In this document: positions 1-12,400 of the stretch, piece by piece
Layout of the letters: every line of letters begins with the position of its first letter
Numbering within the stretch: the first letter of the stretch is position 1
Assembly (NCBI RefSeq): GCF_963506605.1
Contig: NC_083292.1
Location: 1,364,001 to 1,428,000, forward strand
Source of the DNA: Zootoca vivipara
Taxonomy: Eukaryota
Length of the DNA stretch: 64,000 bases
Direction: 5' to 3'
The notes under the pieces: generated by a model
The model's database searches: none
The model's input: the letters and a program-made list of their open reading frames with translations, nothing else
What the model was told of the DNA's origin: nothing
Program-made: the position numbers and the translations under genes

Positions 1-190
1 GGTTGCTGTACAGGATGCAGTTCTGTGGATCGACAGCCAGAGCTTCACCGTAGAGCACAATGGCCTTGTGGAAGTTGCCCTCGTGGCAGGCCTGGTTGCT
101 CTGGCGCACTTTCTCAACAAACTCGGCCTTGCTCAGCACAGCGCCATCAGGGCTTCTGCTCTCAAAGCGCTTCAACCCAAACAGAGAAAT
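1..190 (-). CDS. TTC28: TTC28 coding exon 2 (partial, runs off the window start); TPR repeat protein
   Basis: After acceptor ctatttgcag the minus strand reads ISLFGLKRFESRSPDGAVLSKAEFVEKVRQSNQACHEGNFHKAIVLYGEALAVDPQNCILYSN, matching the recalled TTC28 N-terminal TPR region; synteny with CHEK2. Confidence 0.95.
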   Translation of the reverse strand, partial: MSLFGLKRFESRSPDGAVLSKAEFVEKVRQSNQACHEGNFHKAIVLYGEALAVDPQNCILYSN

Positions 191-2799
191 CTGCAAATAG
201 ACAGGGGGGAGGAGGAGGAGGTGTTTATCCAATTTATCAGCTAGAATAAGCAGCACTTCCTGCACTTACTAAAATGTTGTTTAGTAATGGGACACAATGG
301 CTTCCACCCTGCGAAGTCACTCCACAAAATCATACTGCACGCTTTCATTATTCAATGCTCTGGCCCTGTGAAAGTCTCTGCCAAGTCCTCAGGCTCCAAT
401 AACTGGCCAATCAACATGGATGGGGTCATCAGCTTTTTGCTTCAACTTAAAAAGGCAAGCAGCAGCAGAGCAGAAGGTCCTCACCTTCCCCAGAGGCTGA
501 CCTAGGAACCACAGCGAAAATCCTTTCACTATACTAGAATCAACCCCAGCTGGTGGGATTAGCCACACATCACAGATCAAATCTGAGGGTGGTGGCTTTG
601 AACACACTTGGATTAAATGCCCTGTCTTCCTCCTCCCAAACTGACCTCCCCTGTAGCTGATCAGAAAGGAGCCCTACCGTACCTACATTTATCAGAACTG
701 CTGATTCAAGGAATAGTAATGCTTCTTTCTTGCCACCACCCTCAGTTATTTACTGAACATCCTTTCATCTGTTTCCAGTGCAGTACAAATACTTTTCTTG
801 GAGGAGAAAGCAGTCAGCTGTCAGGGTATAACATGTTCTCTTCAATGCCACAGTAACACTCCCCGAGAACAACCCCCCACCCCCCACATTTTAGCAAAGG
901 CAAAGTCAAGGAAGCTAAGGGGCAAGCAAACTGGCACACACAGGTTGGACTAAAAGTGGTGCAAACTCTGAGGCTGGGGGCATGCCTGCATCCACGAGGC
1001 CAAGCTCTCCTTCATGGCTATGACAGAAGCCTACAAGCTGCCAAAGGAAGATCATCTACAAGGAGGTAATCTGTTCCTTGAAGAAGGCATCACTGTCTTC
1101 CGGTAACTTTTCTTTAAGGGGTGTAAGCAAAGCTAGCTTCAAACTGCCCCAATGTGCAAATAATTCATCCTCCTTCCTATCATTCAGTCTCCTCCTCCTC
1201 CTTTCCCACCCATTGCCGGCATCAGTACCTGGTGGAATCAGGCGGACAGCATGAGGCCCAACATAAGACAGGTGCTGGGACCCAGAGACACTTTGCACAG
1301 AAGCCACAGATCCTGCAAGCATTTCAGAACCCTAGAAGTAACTCAAATGGCCTAGAGTAACTGCTAATTGGCAGCAGGACCCAATAAGGAAAATGTACTG
1401 TCTGCACAACACCAGTCTAAGCCCAGGGATGGAGACGGCTGACTAGTATGGAGCCTGCAGCTACCTGATGGGCCGCACTAATTCTACAACTTTTTATTTA
1501 GGAAGCAAGGAATAAACCTGCCCTCTCGCTAGGAAGCTTCACACTCAGCCCTTAGGGCTGCATGTAGGGATGGTAGGTTTCAGGGACTGGAAGAACAGCA
1601 GGAACCCTTCGCCACTTGATGCAAAACAAGCAACGCAACAACAGCTTTGCTGCTCTTCATCTGCTCATCATTGGCCCACCTAAGAAAAGGCAGGCCAGCA
1701 CCTTGTGCCCTTGCAGCTCCCACTCAAGAGCATCCACAGCCCCAGCTCCTCCAAAGGCCTCCCAAAGACAATGCGGATGAAATGGTCTCCTTCAGGAGGG
1801 AGCCCCCCCCCCCAGTGAAACAAGCTGAGTAGCAGCTCTTCAGGATTTTCAGCTTATGGCACTTTCTCAACCAGCTCTTTATTAACCACTTTAGTGCCAA
1901 GGCATTGATACACGGGGTCCAGCTGAACAGAAAAACATGTAATCTCTGCTGTGGCAGAGCATGCTTTAACCTGGGGGGGGGGTTGACAGAAGCCCTCCAG
2001 GCCCGAGGCTGGTATGATCCCAGCTTCACAAAGCAGCTCGGGGAGGGTGGTGTGAGGAAGACACCGTGCGCCCTTTGATTGCAGCCTCACCCTCGAGGGG
2101 CTGGGATCGATGGGTGCAAGGCTGTTGCATCCTCCTCATGCCGCCCTCCCTGAGCCAGCCCTGCTTTTCATATACTGTATATGCAAAAATTGCACAATCA
2201 TGTTACCCCTGAAGCCGCCCCACAGCCTTCTGTACGGCAGTGATGGGGAGAGCGCATCCCTGCCAGTCCCAGAGCAGCCACACCCAGGGAGCAAGGCCTG
2301 CTCAGCACAACAGCTCTGGGAGTGTTGGGTGTGCTCTTGTGGGGCAAGCAAAGCCAAAACTGTGCAACTTGGATGCCTCCAGTGTGCAGGCTGTGTGTGT
2401 GTCCTCGTGTACCTATATTAAGGAGCAGATGAGTGGAAAGCCTTTCTCTGGCAAAGGCACTGGAAATGCATTACCAAAGTGGACAGTACTGAGAGATGAG
2501 TCCAGGACCTGGTTTGGCACAAGGCAGCTTCCTGGCTCTGGAAACTCTGGTTTGCTCAGTCAACCTGGAGCTCTCCAGATGTTTTGGACTACAACTCCCA
2601 CCCCGCAAAGGAAACGCAAGGCAAGGAAACCGAAAGAAGGCAGGCCAGAAAAGGAGGAGAGAGAGATCTGTACCAACCTGTATAGAAATTGCATAAATAT
2701 TGGAAGTGGGGGGGGGGGCTTTTTATACTCAAGGGTGCTAACAAACAAGCCCACCTCACAGTGCGCAACTATCACCCAACCCTCCAACTTGCCTCAACG

Positions 2800-3780
2800 C
2801 ACACGCGTAAAGTTGGCTTAGTTTCGCGTTTAGTCCCCCCTATCCAAGCTGTCCGAGCGCCGTTACCCTGTTGCCCTAAAAGTTAACAGCCCCCAGCCAG
2901 AGTAGTGAATGGCGACGCGCCAGAGATGCGTGGGCCATCGCGGCCGGGAGGCAGCCCAGAAGGAGCGGCGAGGGCAGGAGAGGGCGGCGGGCGGTGTTGG
3001 GGGCCCTCGAGAGCCGCGGCCGCCGCTCGCCTCCCAGCAGGGGCTGCCCTAGCCGACGGAGCCGCGGCGGCCTCCAGGAACGTCGAGGTTACAGAAGTGG
3101 CGGCGCCCGCCCGCTTCCCACCTCCAGAGCCCCGCGCCGGGAGCCCCATCCAGGCTGGGCGCGGCGCGTCCCGACGGCGGGGGCTGCCCTGCCCCGGCAA
3201 GAAATCGGCCCCCTCCTCTCCCAGCCCCGCGTTTCCAGCGTCCGAATCCGCGGCGCCGCCCACCAGCCCCCCCCCCCGCGCGTGTGAGCTCGCCGACACG
3301 GGTCGGGCAGAAGCATCCAGCTTCGGCGACCCGTCCCTGGAGCTTCGCCCAGCGCTGGCTCACCCCGGCTAGAAGGGGCCCGCGAGGATCCCGCTCGCCG
3401 CCGCCGCCTCCTCGGCGCCAGCGCCTGAAGCTCCGCGGCGCCTCGGGCTCCATGGCAGCCCCGCTTCGGCTCAGCGCGGCGGCTGCGACGCCCCCTCGGC
3501 CCGACCGGGCCGCCGACCACCCCGCTCCCGCGCCCACCCCGCCGGCGGCGGCATCGGCGCCATCTTCGAGCTGTGCTCTGCTCCGCCCCGCCGAGGGGGA
3601 CGGGGGGCTGGCCGCGCCCCTCCTCCGCTCCCTCCTCGCACCCTCCAACTTCAGGCGAAAAGTTGCATCAAGTCCGGGGCACGACAGGGACCGTAGCGCG
3701 TACGTCGGAAGGGATCGCTTACACTCGCCGCCGCCCCCTTTCCCTAGGCAAGGCAGGCATTGGGGGGGCACACGGTATAC
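2800..3780. promoter_or_regulatory. CpG island / TTC28 promoter and exon 1
   Basis: Very GC- and CpG-rich stretch with GC boxes around the TTC28 start codon. Confidence 0.8.
3364..3453 (-). CDS. TTC28: TTC28 coding exon 1 (MEPEAPRSFRRWRRGGGGGERDPRGPLLAG)
   Basis: GCCATGG Kozak ATG at 3453 inside a CpG island; 90 nt, phase-0 donor GTGAG at 3363, in phase with exon 2 at 190. Confidence 0.8.
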
Positions 3781-3831
3781 ACAGGGGGAGTTCTTCACAA
3801 TTTACCAGGTCACGGTAGTCTTAGAAAGCTT

Positions 3832-3837
3832 TTTATT
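3832..3837 (-). terminator. Probable CHEK2 polyadenylation signal AATAAA
   Basis: AATAAA on the minus strand about 77 nt after the CHEK2 stop, in the short AT-rich gap before the TTC28 CpG island. Confidence 0.6.
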
Positions 3838-3913
3838 TACCAATATATTCATATACTACAATTTAAAAGAACTTAATAAACTTTTTTAAAAAATGTTTTT
3901 TAAAAAACAGTCC

Positions 3914-6900
3914 TTAAGAAGCCATCTCCACTTTTTGCACCTTAGAGGGACCAGCCTGCTCCTGCGGGTGGCGCCGTTTCCTCCTGCTGGTGGGTGGCTG
4001 AAAAAGAAAGCAGGAGGATTAACCTGTGGAACCACCTGCTGTGAGGCTATGGAAGGGTGCAACAGTGCTCCAGACACTCCAGCCTGCCTAAGAAAGCCCA
4101 TTGTATGATTGGCGAAAACATGGTTTGCAATCCACAAGGCAAACCAGCAAACATGGATTGAAGTGGGTTTGCAAACCATGGATTGCTGCCAACTGTGGCC
4201 GGGCATGGGGCCTGAACTGGCACAACCCATCATTATAGGCACCACTCTGCCTCCAGAAGTGACTGCATTATCTAGAAGAGGAGGATCAAATGAAACAGAG
4301 AGAGAGAGAGAGAGAGCTCTAAAACAGACACCGCCTGTCAAATATTCCAAAATACTTGCAGAACTTTTAGCCTCAGTGAGAAGTCCATTTCCCACCCCCA
4401 CCCCGGAAAAGTTGCTTCAGTTTATTCCATCTCATCTCTGGTGACCATTTTATGTTGTTGCCATATAGATTTAGCTGGTAGGACTCTGTTCTACTTCTTT
4501 AAATGCTGATTGTATTTGTGCCTTCATGGGTAGTTTAGGGCTACCACCCCCCTCCCAGCCACCATCCCTCGCTCTTCATATTCCCCCCACAAAGCCCTCT
4601 AGTGGTCTATCTACAGCTTCACCTGTCAAACCCCCCACCCAAAGCCTCAGGTGACCCAAGGGCTCTGGCCTCCTTACACCATATGGCAACGCTCCCAAAT
4701 GCCTGTGCTTGCTTGAGGACATTATTTTCCCATTTTAAAAAAGGAAAATCCCCCCAAAAAAACATTTTCTAAAATCAATTCACGAGTTCTTCAACCAATC
4801 CATCATGAGAAATAGATACCAAAGGTGACGCCTCTGGTGCAGGCACAGGCTCCAGTGTTTGAGTGATTAACTGTTGAAAAGTGTGCTTCATATTTTCGTC
4901 CTGTGAAGAATATGTATTTGGACATATATTTAAAATGAAATCATAGGGTAGCATAATTCTAGCAGTTGCTTAACAGTGTGAAGCAGCCAAGAATGAGGCT
5001 AGGCCACAAGGCAGGCAATGGGAGACAAGAATGGGGAAGGAGCAGTCTCCAGCCTCAGGCAGGCAGCAAATTCTGGGGTACCTATTGAAGGGATTGAATT
5101 GTCAGTTTATTAGTAAATTCCCCACTACAGTGGGAGTTGTTATTTGGATTTTCTGCCTCAGACATTTTTCGGGTTGCGGACAAACCCCTGAAAGGAATTT
5201 AATTCGTATCCGGAGGGTCCACTGTATTTCAGAGAGGGAAATATGTCTGCAGGATTCAGCAAGCAGAAGCACAAACAAGGTGGAATGTGGTCTTTGGCCT
5301 TGGCCAAAGGTAGAAGCCCCTGCTCCTGGCAGGACAAGGGCTTCCTAAGGGGGCCAGACACCCAACTCCCCTTCTCCATTCATATTGCCAAGGCATTATC
5401 TTCCCTGTGAAGACTCCAAACACTGGCCGTTTGCTGTCTTTCATTGACATACAAAACCCTAAGAACTTGCCCCTCCATCAGCAGGTAAAGAGCTTTTTGT
5501 TCCAGCAGGCTTTTGGAAACTGAATGCGTTTAGTGAAAGGGTTGGTGCCATGCTGTTTTTATTGTAATTATTTGTTTTAAGTAGATTTCATGTATGTTTA
5601 TTGTTTTAATTCTATTAATGTTAAAGTGCTTTTTAATTATTGACTTTTCTAGGTTTGTAGCAATTACAGTGGTACCTCGACTTACGAAGGCGATCCGTTC
5701 CGCGGCGCTCTTCGCAAGTCGAATCCATCGTAAGTCAAAGCGCCCATTTTGCACATGCGCAAAGCGCGATTTTGCGCTTTGCGCATGCGCAGACCGCATG
5801 AGCAAACCGCGCGCATGGCGAAAATACTTCCGGGTTAGCGGACTTCGGAAGTCGAAACCTTCGGAAGTCGAAGCATTTGTAAGTCAAGGTACCACTGTAT
5901 TGCTTTTATCTGTAAGCTGCCTTGGGTCCTGTCAGGGAAAGAGGTGGGGTAGAAATATATTTTTTAAAAATAACAACAACTTGGGACCTGTATTTGTCCA
6001 ATACAGACCATTCCATACACTAAGACTGTTGGAGGAGGGCCATCCTGGCTATCATAGCCTGTTCAGGTCTTATCATACTACAATCTGAAGAAGGGACTTT
6101 TCAGTTGTGGCACCCAGCAAATGGAACCACCTCTACTTCAAAATAAGGGCTTTCAGTGCTTTTTAAAGACCTGCCTGATACATGGCTGGTCTACTGTGGA
6201 TTTAGATGTGTTTTGTTATATTTTATTGGAACTGTATTACTGAGTATTACTTATGAGGGGCCACTGAGAAACATTTTCAATAAAACAAATGAACAAAACC
6301 ATCCTGTCCTGTTCTACCTAGATAGGACAGCTCAAGTGAGCATATACCTGAAGCCAGGGATGTTCTAAAGCCTCTTCTATTTTAAGACGCTTCCGTGGAT
6401 CCACCACTAGCAACTTCTGCACAAGGTCAAAGGCTGAAACAACGAAGCAAAATGTGCTGTAGTTCAGCAATAACAGAATGAAACCCTCATGGGCCCTCTA
6501 GTCCAGCATCCTGCTCTCACGCCTGCTGCCACACCTGCTTCTCTGCTTGGAGAAAACATGTATGACCCCCACCTGTTCTGGCTCCCTCCCTGTCCTTCTC
6601 CTTTGCAAAGGAACAGCTGATACATAAACACTGTAGTTAGTACTCAATGTTTAAGTAAAGGTAAAGGTAAAGGTAAAGGGACCCCTGACCATTGGGTCCA
6701 GTCGTGACCGACTCTGGGGTTGCGGCGCTCATCTCGCGTTATTGGCAGAGGGAGCCGGTGTACAGCTTCCGGGTCATGTGGCCAGCATGACAAAGCCGCT
6801 TCTGGCGAACCAGAGCAGCACACGGAAACGCCATTTACCCTCCCTCTGTAGCAGTACCTATTTATCTACTTGCACTTTGATGTGCTTTCGAACTGCTAGG

Positions 6901-9382
6901 TTGGCAGGAGCTGGGACCGAGCAACGGGAGCTCACCCCGTCGCAGGGATTCGAACCGCCGACCTTCTGATCGGCAACCCCTAGGCTCTGTGGTTTAACCC
7001 ACAGCGCCACCTGCGTCTCAATGTTTAAGTACAGTACCTTACCTCAATTCAGAAGAGGCTCCTGCTGTCACAATTTCTAGTGTGGGTTCAGACCAAAGAA
7101 ACTGTACATTACTCAAACATAAGCTTCATTTAATTCCATGGGGATTGTTCTGTGATAAGTATGTACAGGAACAAAGCCTGAATCGATTAGTCTTACAGGG
7201 GCCAAAAAGGACTGTTAAGAAAGGGACCCCATAAATTTCCAAACCTATGGGAAAATATTGTTCCGCTCCTACAGCTTATTCACTTCTACATCTTTTTGGA
7301 ATGCGGAATGCGGTGGGGAGATATTAAGTGCATTAGGACCCAGATGACCAGGGTTAAAATGACGCCATGAGCCCTTGCCACATCCCCAAGCAAGGAAGGA
7401 AGTTTGACTGCAGTAGCATCTGCCATTAACATCACCAGTCATGGCACAGTGGCTGAGGAGATGCAGATGCCCTTAGTGCCAAGCCATAAGCCAGTTACCT
7501 TGCAAGATGCTATGCAGAACACACCTGTGTGGTTTTGCTGCCCTTGCTTCCTAAGTGGGAGAGGAAGAAAGTACCTCACCTCTTTCACCTGTTTGAGGGC
7601 CAGGAGGATGCTGTAAGTCTCCTTGGCTCCCTATTGGAAGCCAGAGGTAGCCTTCAAGAGACAAGAAGTTCCTTTCAGCGCCTTACCATTGTTTAGCCAG
7701 CCTTCCCTTTGATGCAAGGAAGAAGACCCCAGAAGTTCAGTGTGTGTCATTTGTTTGAGTCCCAGCCAACATGCCTTGCCCTAATAGAACTGTGAAATTG
7801 GAAGGGATCCTGAGGGATATCCCTCTCAACCCCCTGCAATGCAGGAATCCTGCCCACAGCTGTCCCTGGATGGGCTGGAACTACCAACCTTTTGCTTGAG
7901 TTACACTGACGTTTAAGTCTTTTAGAGAGCTCTCTCATTTAAACAATGCTGGTGGAACAGACACACCTCTGTCCTGTGAAGCAGGGTCATACCAATGCCT
8001 TACCCTCCTCTGACACATGCTGCCATATTTCTGCACAGTAGTAGTATTCTCCCTGGGCAATCTGCTCCCTCAGAGACAGACGAGCATTTTTATCGGAGAA
8101 GGGTGGATATCCGGAGAGGCTAATTGAGACAAACAAGAAGAAAAACATGGCAGCTTTGCAGCCAAAAACCCACGAGGGGCAGAGGAGCAATGTCTGGAGT
8201 GGGAATTGGAGGTTCAACTCCACGGCGACTACAGCGCTTGGAACTGCAACTCTCATTCAGCCTTACAGGATTGTTCCAAGGTTAACAGGCAATTAAAGCC
8301 TGACCCTACATGTGCAGAAGTCAAACTAACTTTCATGAACTTACATCCAAGTAAGTCTTGCACAGAATTCAGCCTTAGTTCTCCACGGAAGGGCAAGAGA
8401 CAAAAATTAAAAATAAAAAGTATTCAAGTCAATGTGTTCAAAATTTCACTCACAAACAGGTACACTTTATGGGAAGACAAAAACCTTTGTCAGCCTTCCT
8501 GTGTTTCTTACCAAATAAAGAGAATGACTCCCAGACTCCAGCAGTCCACTGAGCGCCCATAACCTCCATCCTCAGCAAAATGTTGAACTTCGGGAGCAAG
8601 ATAGTCAGGTGTACCACATAATGTTTTCATAAGGGATGTTTCTCCAAGAATTTTGGATTGACCAAAATCTGTTATCTTGCACAACAAGAAAAGTAACAAG
8701 AATAGATTGATCAAAATGTCAAAAGTCATTTAGCGTGCTTCTTGCAATGAAGGTCTGCATATGTCCCGAGACTAGGTATGTAAAAAAATTGCTATACACA
8801 ATAGTTTCGTCTCCAAAGCAAAACTTTTAGAAGGCAAATCCAATGAAATCTACAAGATTTTGCAGAGGGAGAGACGAAGAGGGCCTGGGGGACCAAGCAG
8901 AGTCACAAGGTCTTTCACAAACACACCCTACATTCATGGCCTCTGTCTTAAATATTTCATTCCATGATAACTGAGTGGCATGCACTGGAATGCCATTGAC
9001 ACCAGAGACCTGGGTCAAAGCATCTCGCAGAGTAACTTTATTTAAAGCACATGATGTGGGGTTGAGGGGGGGAGGGTAGAATTCTTAGACAACTCCTGCT
9101 CACCTTTATAAGGCAATTTGCCTCAGGAGATGACAAGAGCACATTCTCCAGTTTCAGGTCCCGGTGAATAATGCCTTTTTCATGAAGATACTTTGCCCAG
9201 TGCCAAAAAGAAAGAAAGAATATTATGCAATTAACAGATTGTTGTGGCTGACACACCTTTGCATGTGGCATCTCCGCTCCTTTAATAAACAGACATTTAG
9301 AGTACCATGTCGTGCCTTCCATGCCTAATCAACCCCCTCACAGGCACAGCCACAAGCACTTCATAAACAAAAACAACTGACA

Positions 9383-9413
<31 letters not shown>

Positions 9414-12400
9414 ATCTATATTGCCCAGAGTGTAGCAGAACAATTCAACATAACAGGTCCAAATTGCAAGTTCAATGCTAAGAGCTGATCTTGAAGAAAA
9501 TTAATATTAAACTCCCAATCTTGAATAGAAAAATCTGAAGAGGATTCCACAGTGGAAACAACATCATGAGAGCAACATCATGGGAAGCGTGTTTCAAGGA
9601 CTCAGGTGAAACTATGAGGCTCCCTTCTTATTTTTGCTATTGGATGCTGCATGTTGTTTATGTAATCTTGCTATATTTATAGTACAGTGGTACCTCGTTT
9701 TGAGTCCGGGATCCGGTCTGGAGCCCCGGATGCTCGACGAAAGGGACGCTCGACAATGCGCCGCTCTGCGCATGTGCATGGAGTGGTTTTGTGCTTCTGC
9801 ACGTGCGGAAAACCCGGAAGTAACCCGTTCCGGTACTTCCAGATTTGTCACAGACATTCCACAAAATGGATGCTAAAAGGGGCAGACTCAAAACGAGGTA
9901 CCACTGTATTGAAATGTGGGAGTTTTGTACATTATTATAATTGCTATTGTTTTGCTATACTATTGTTTTTGCTATGCTGTCTTGCTAACCTTTTAATGTT
10001 CTTTAAGAATGTCAACAAGCTTATAGATGTAATCCAGCCAGCAAAGTGTACTTGGAATTTCACAAAGCTTTTCACAAAGAACCTCACCAAAGACTCTGAT
10101 TGCTTTTAAACACCTGCTTTAACTGTCTCTTATTGATAATTGTATTTTTAAAGTGCTTAAAGGTTTTATTATACAGTGGTACCTCGGTTTAAGTACACAA
10201 TTGGTTCCGGAAGTCTGTACTTAACCTGAAGCATACTTAACCTGAAGCGAACTTTCCCATTGAAAGTAAGGGAAAGTGGATTAATCCGTTCCAGACGGGT
10301 CCGCGGAGTACTTAAACTGAAAGTACTCAAACCAAAACGTACTTAAACCGAGGTATGACTGTAATCAAGCAATATATAAATTTTGTTAAATAATAATATT
10401 AAAAAAACCTCATGCGAAAGCTTAGCATTCATGGAATAAGACAAAAGGCTCCCTTTCATGGAGAATAAGGTGAGCAATAGCTTCTAGCCCTGAAGGCTGT
10501 GTTCCACCTCCACGGCCAAAGGCAGGCAGGGAGTGTGGGCTCTTGTGCTGGGGTCGTGCTTGGTTTCCCACAGGCATCTGGTTGACTTCTGTGTGAACAG
10601 GATGCTCGACTAGATGGTCCACCGGCCTGATCCAGCAAACTGCTCTTATCTTTTCTGTCACTGAGCTGTGGCACTTCCTCAGGGAACAGAGATGTAATGT
10701 CTTTCTGTGAATTGTCCAAGTGATGAAGAGAGGTACACTTCTGTTTAGAGACATTGCATGGTCTATGCAGTAAATGTTTCCATGTGCTACATCAGGGGCA
10801 ACGAACCTGTAGACCTCCAGGTTGGACTCCCACTTCCCACCATCCCTAGCCAGCCAATAGTCAGGGATGAGGGGAACTGCAATCCAGCAAGGTTAGTTAA
10901 CCATATTTTGAGGCAGCTACACAACAGCCTTTGCTCATCAGAAGATTTAACAAAAGAGGCTGTTGCATCCATGTGGTGCAACAAACAAAGACTCCAGATT
11001 GTACCAGTGAATACATTAACAGTCATCAAGCCAAGCTCACCCCACATTACGGGGAGACAACTAGTTTTGCAGAGTTAAGGGGTACCTGCACAGCCAAAAG
11101 CATTTGATAAAAATAAAGTTTGCACGTTGCTTCACTCAGTCTTGCTGGGCGCAGAACCTTGTCAAATAGCTCTCCACCTTCCATCCTGAAAGACCAAGCA
11201 GAATAAACCCATGTTTGAAGGCAAGATAAAAATGGAAATGGTGTTCATGATGGAAAGTAGCAACTATTTTTCATCACTGGATACAAATTCCTTCAGTGTA
11301 GCATGCAAAGATCTAAAATTAGTTTTCCAAGACTAGCCAAACACTAGCAAGGAAGCCAAGGGGAGATTCAGTCTTTGTACGCTGAAATCTCTATGACCAA
11401 GGATATCTTCCAAAATGACAAGAGAAATTCCGAAGTGGCCTGGAGCCTAAGAGGCTTTTTTGTGATCAAGAACCTCCTTCATCAAGTGAGCATGGTTGAC
11501 TTTGAGATGAGAACATCTACACATAGGGATTATTTTGAGCACTAAACATGAACAGTCTGAACAAGAGCTGAACGAGGAGGAAGAGGGCTGGTTCCAATAC
11601 AAATCCAGCCCCTGAGAAAGGCTGTCTAGATTGTCCATTCGTTCCATCTCCTTAGCTTCTATTTCCAGCAGTCATCACCTGAGTTTTCTTCTTCTTTAAT
11701 TATAGCCACACTGAACTGCTCATTTTGGACCATCTACACTGCCACTCACAGACCTTAGGCACAAAACCACTCCCTCCTCCCCAAAGAGCACAAAGAAGAA
11801 TAACTTACAATTCCAAAACAATGTAAAAGTCTTCTCCTTCAAAGAAGTCTATTATCTTGATAAGGCAAGGCTGTAGCAAGGAAGGAAAGGGAAACATCCA
11901 AACATATGCTAGGAAAAAGCCGCTCTCAGAGAAAGCAATGCCCTCCAAAAGCAGCTCTTTTTTCCTGAAGCCAAAGAACAGCACAGAACTCTCAATTCAA
12001 AGGAAAATGCTTACAAATGTGAGAACAAAGGGCAGGAATGACATCTCCACTGTAGGACCTAAATATTCCCCCACACTCCACTCAGTAAAAAATAAGTGGG
12101 AACTACAATAAAATGTTGCAGTGTGGTATGTTGCTGTTCAGCATTCCAGCCTGCATTGCCCTCTCCCAAGGTACTCCAAATTAATTTACTTTTCTTCCCT
12201 GCCTTTCAACAGTCAGTCAGCCAGCATCATTCCCTGGCCTCAATTCTTCCCACATTTGAGCAATTTCCCCCCTAAGATTTTAGTTGTGCTTCTGAACACC
12301 TTTAGGTTCCTCTGAGGCCGAGCCCCACAATACTCTGCCTGTTGCTGACAGTGGATTCCATTTTGCAGACATCAGAATCTGCCCTCAGAGAATGGGCTTG

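Noticed and set aside
2883-3889. Multiple long overlapping ORFs (138-249 aa)
   Set aside because: Stop-poor GC-rich CpG island; only the 90-nt TTC28 exon has splice and homology support.
5594-6088. 164-aa ORF
   Set aside because: Runs through a Tigger-like MITE and AT-rich repeat tails; not protein-like.
8658-8660. CHK2 DFGQ instead of human DFGH
   Set aside because: Gln here is, as I recall, common in other vertebrates including mouse; not unusual.
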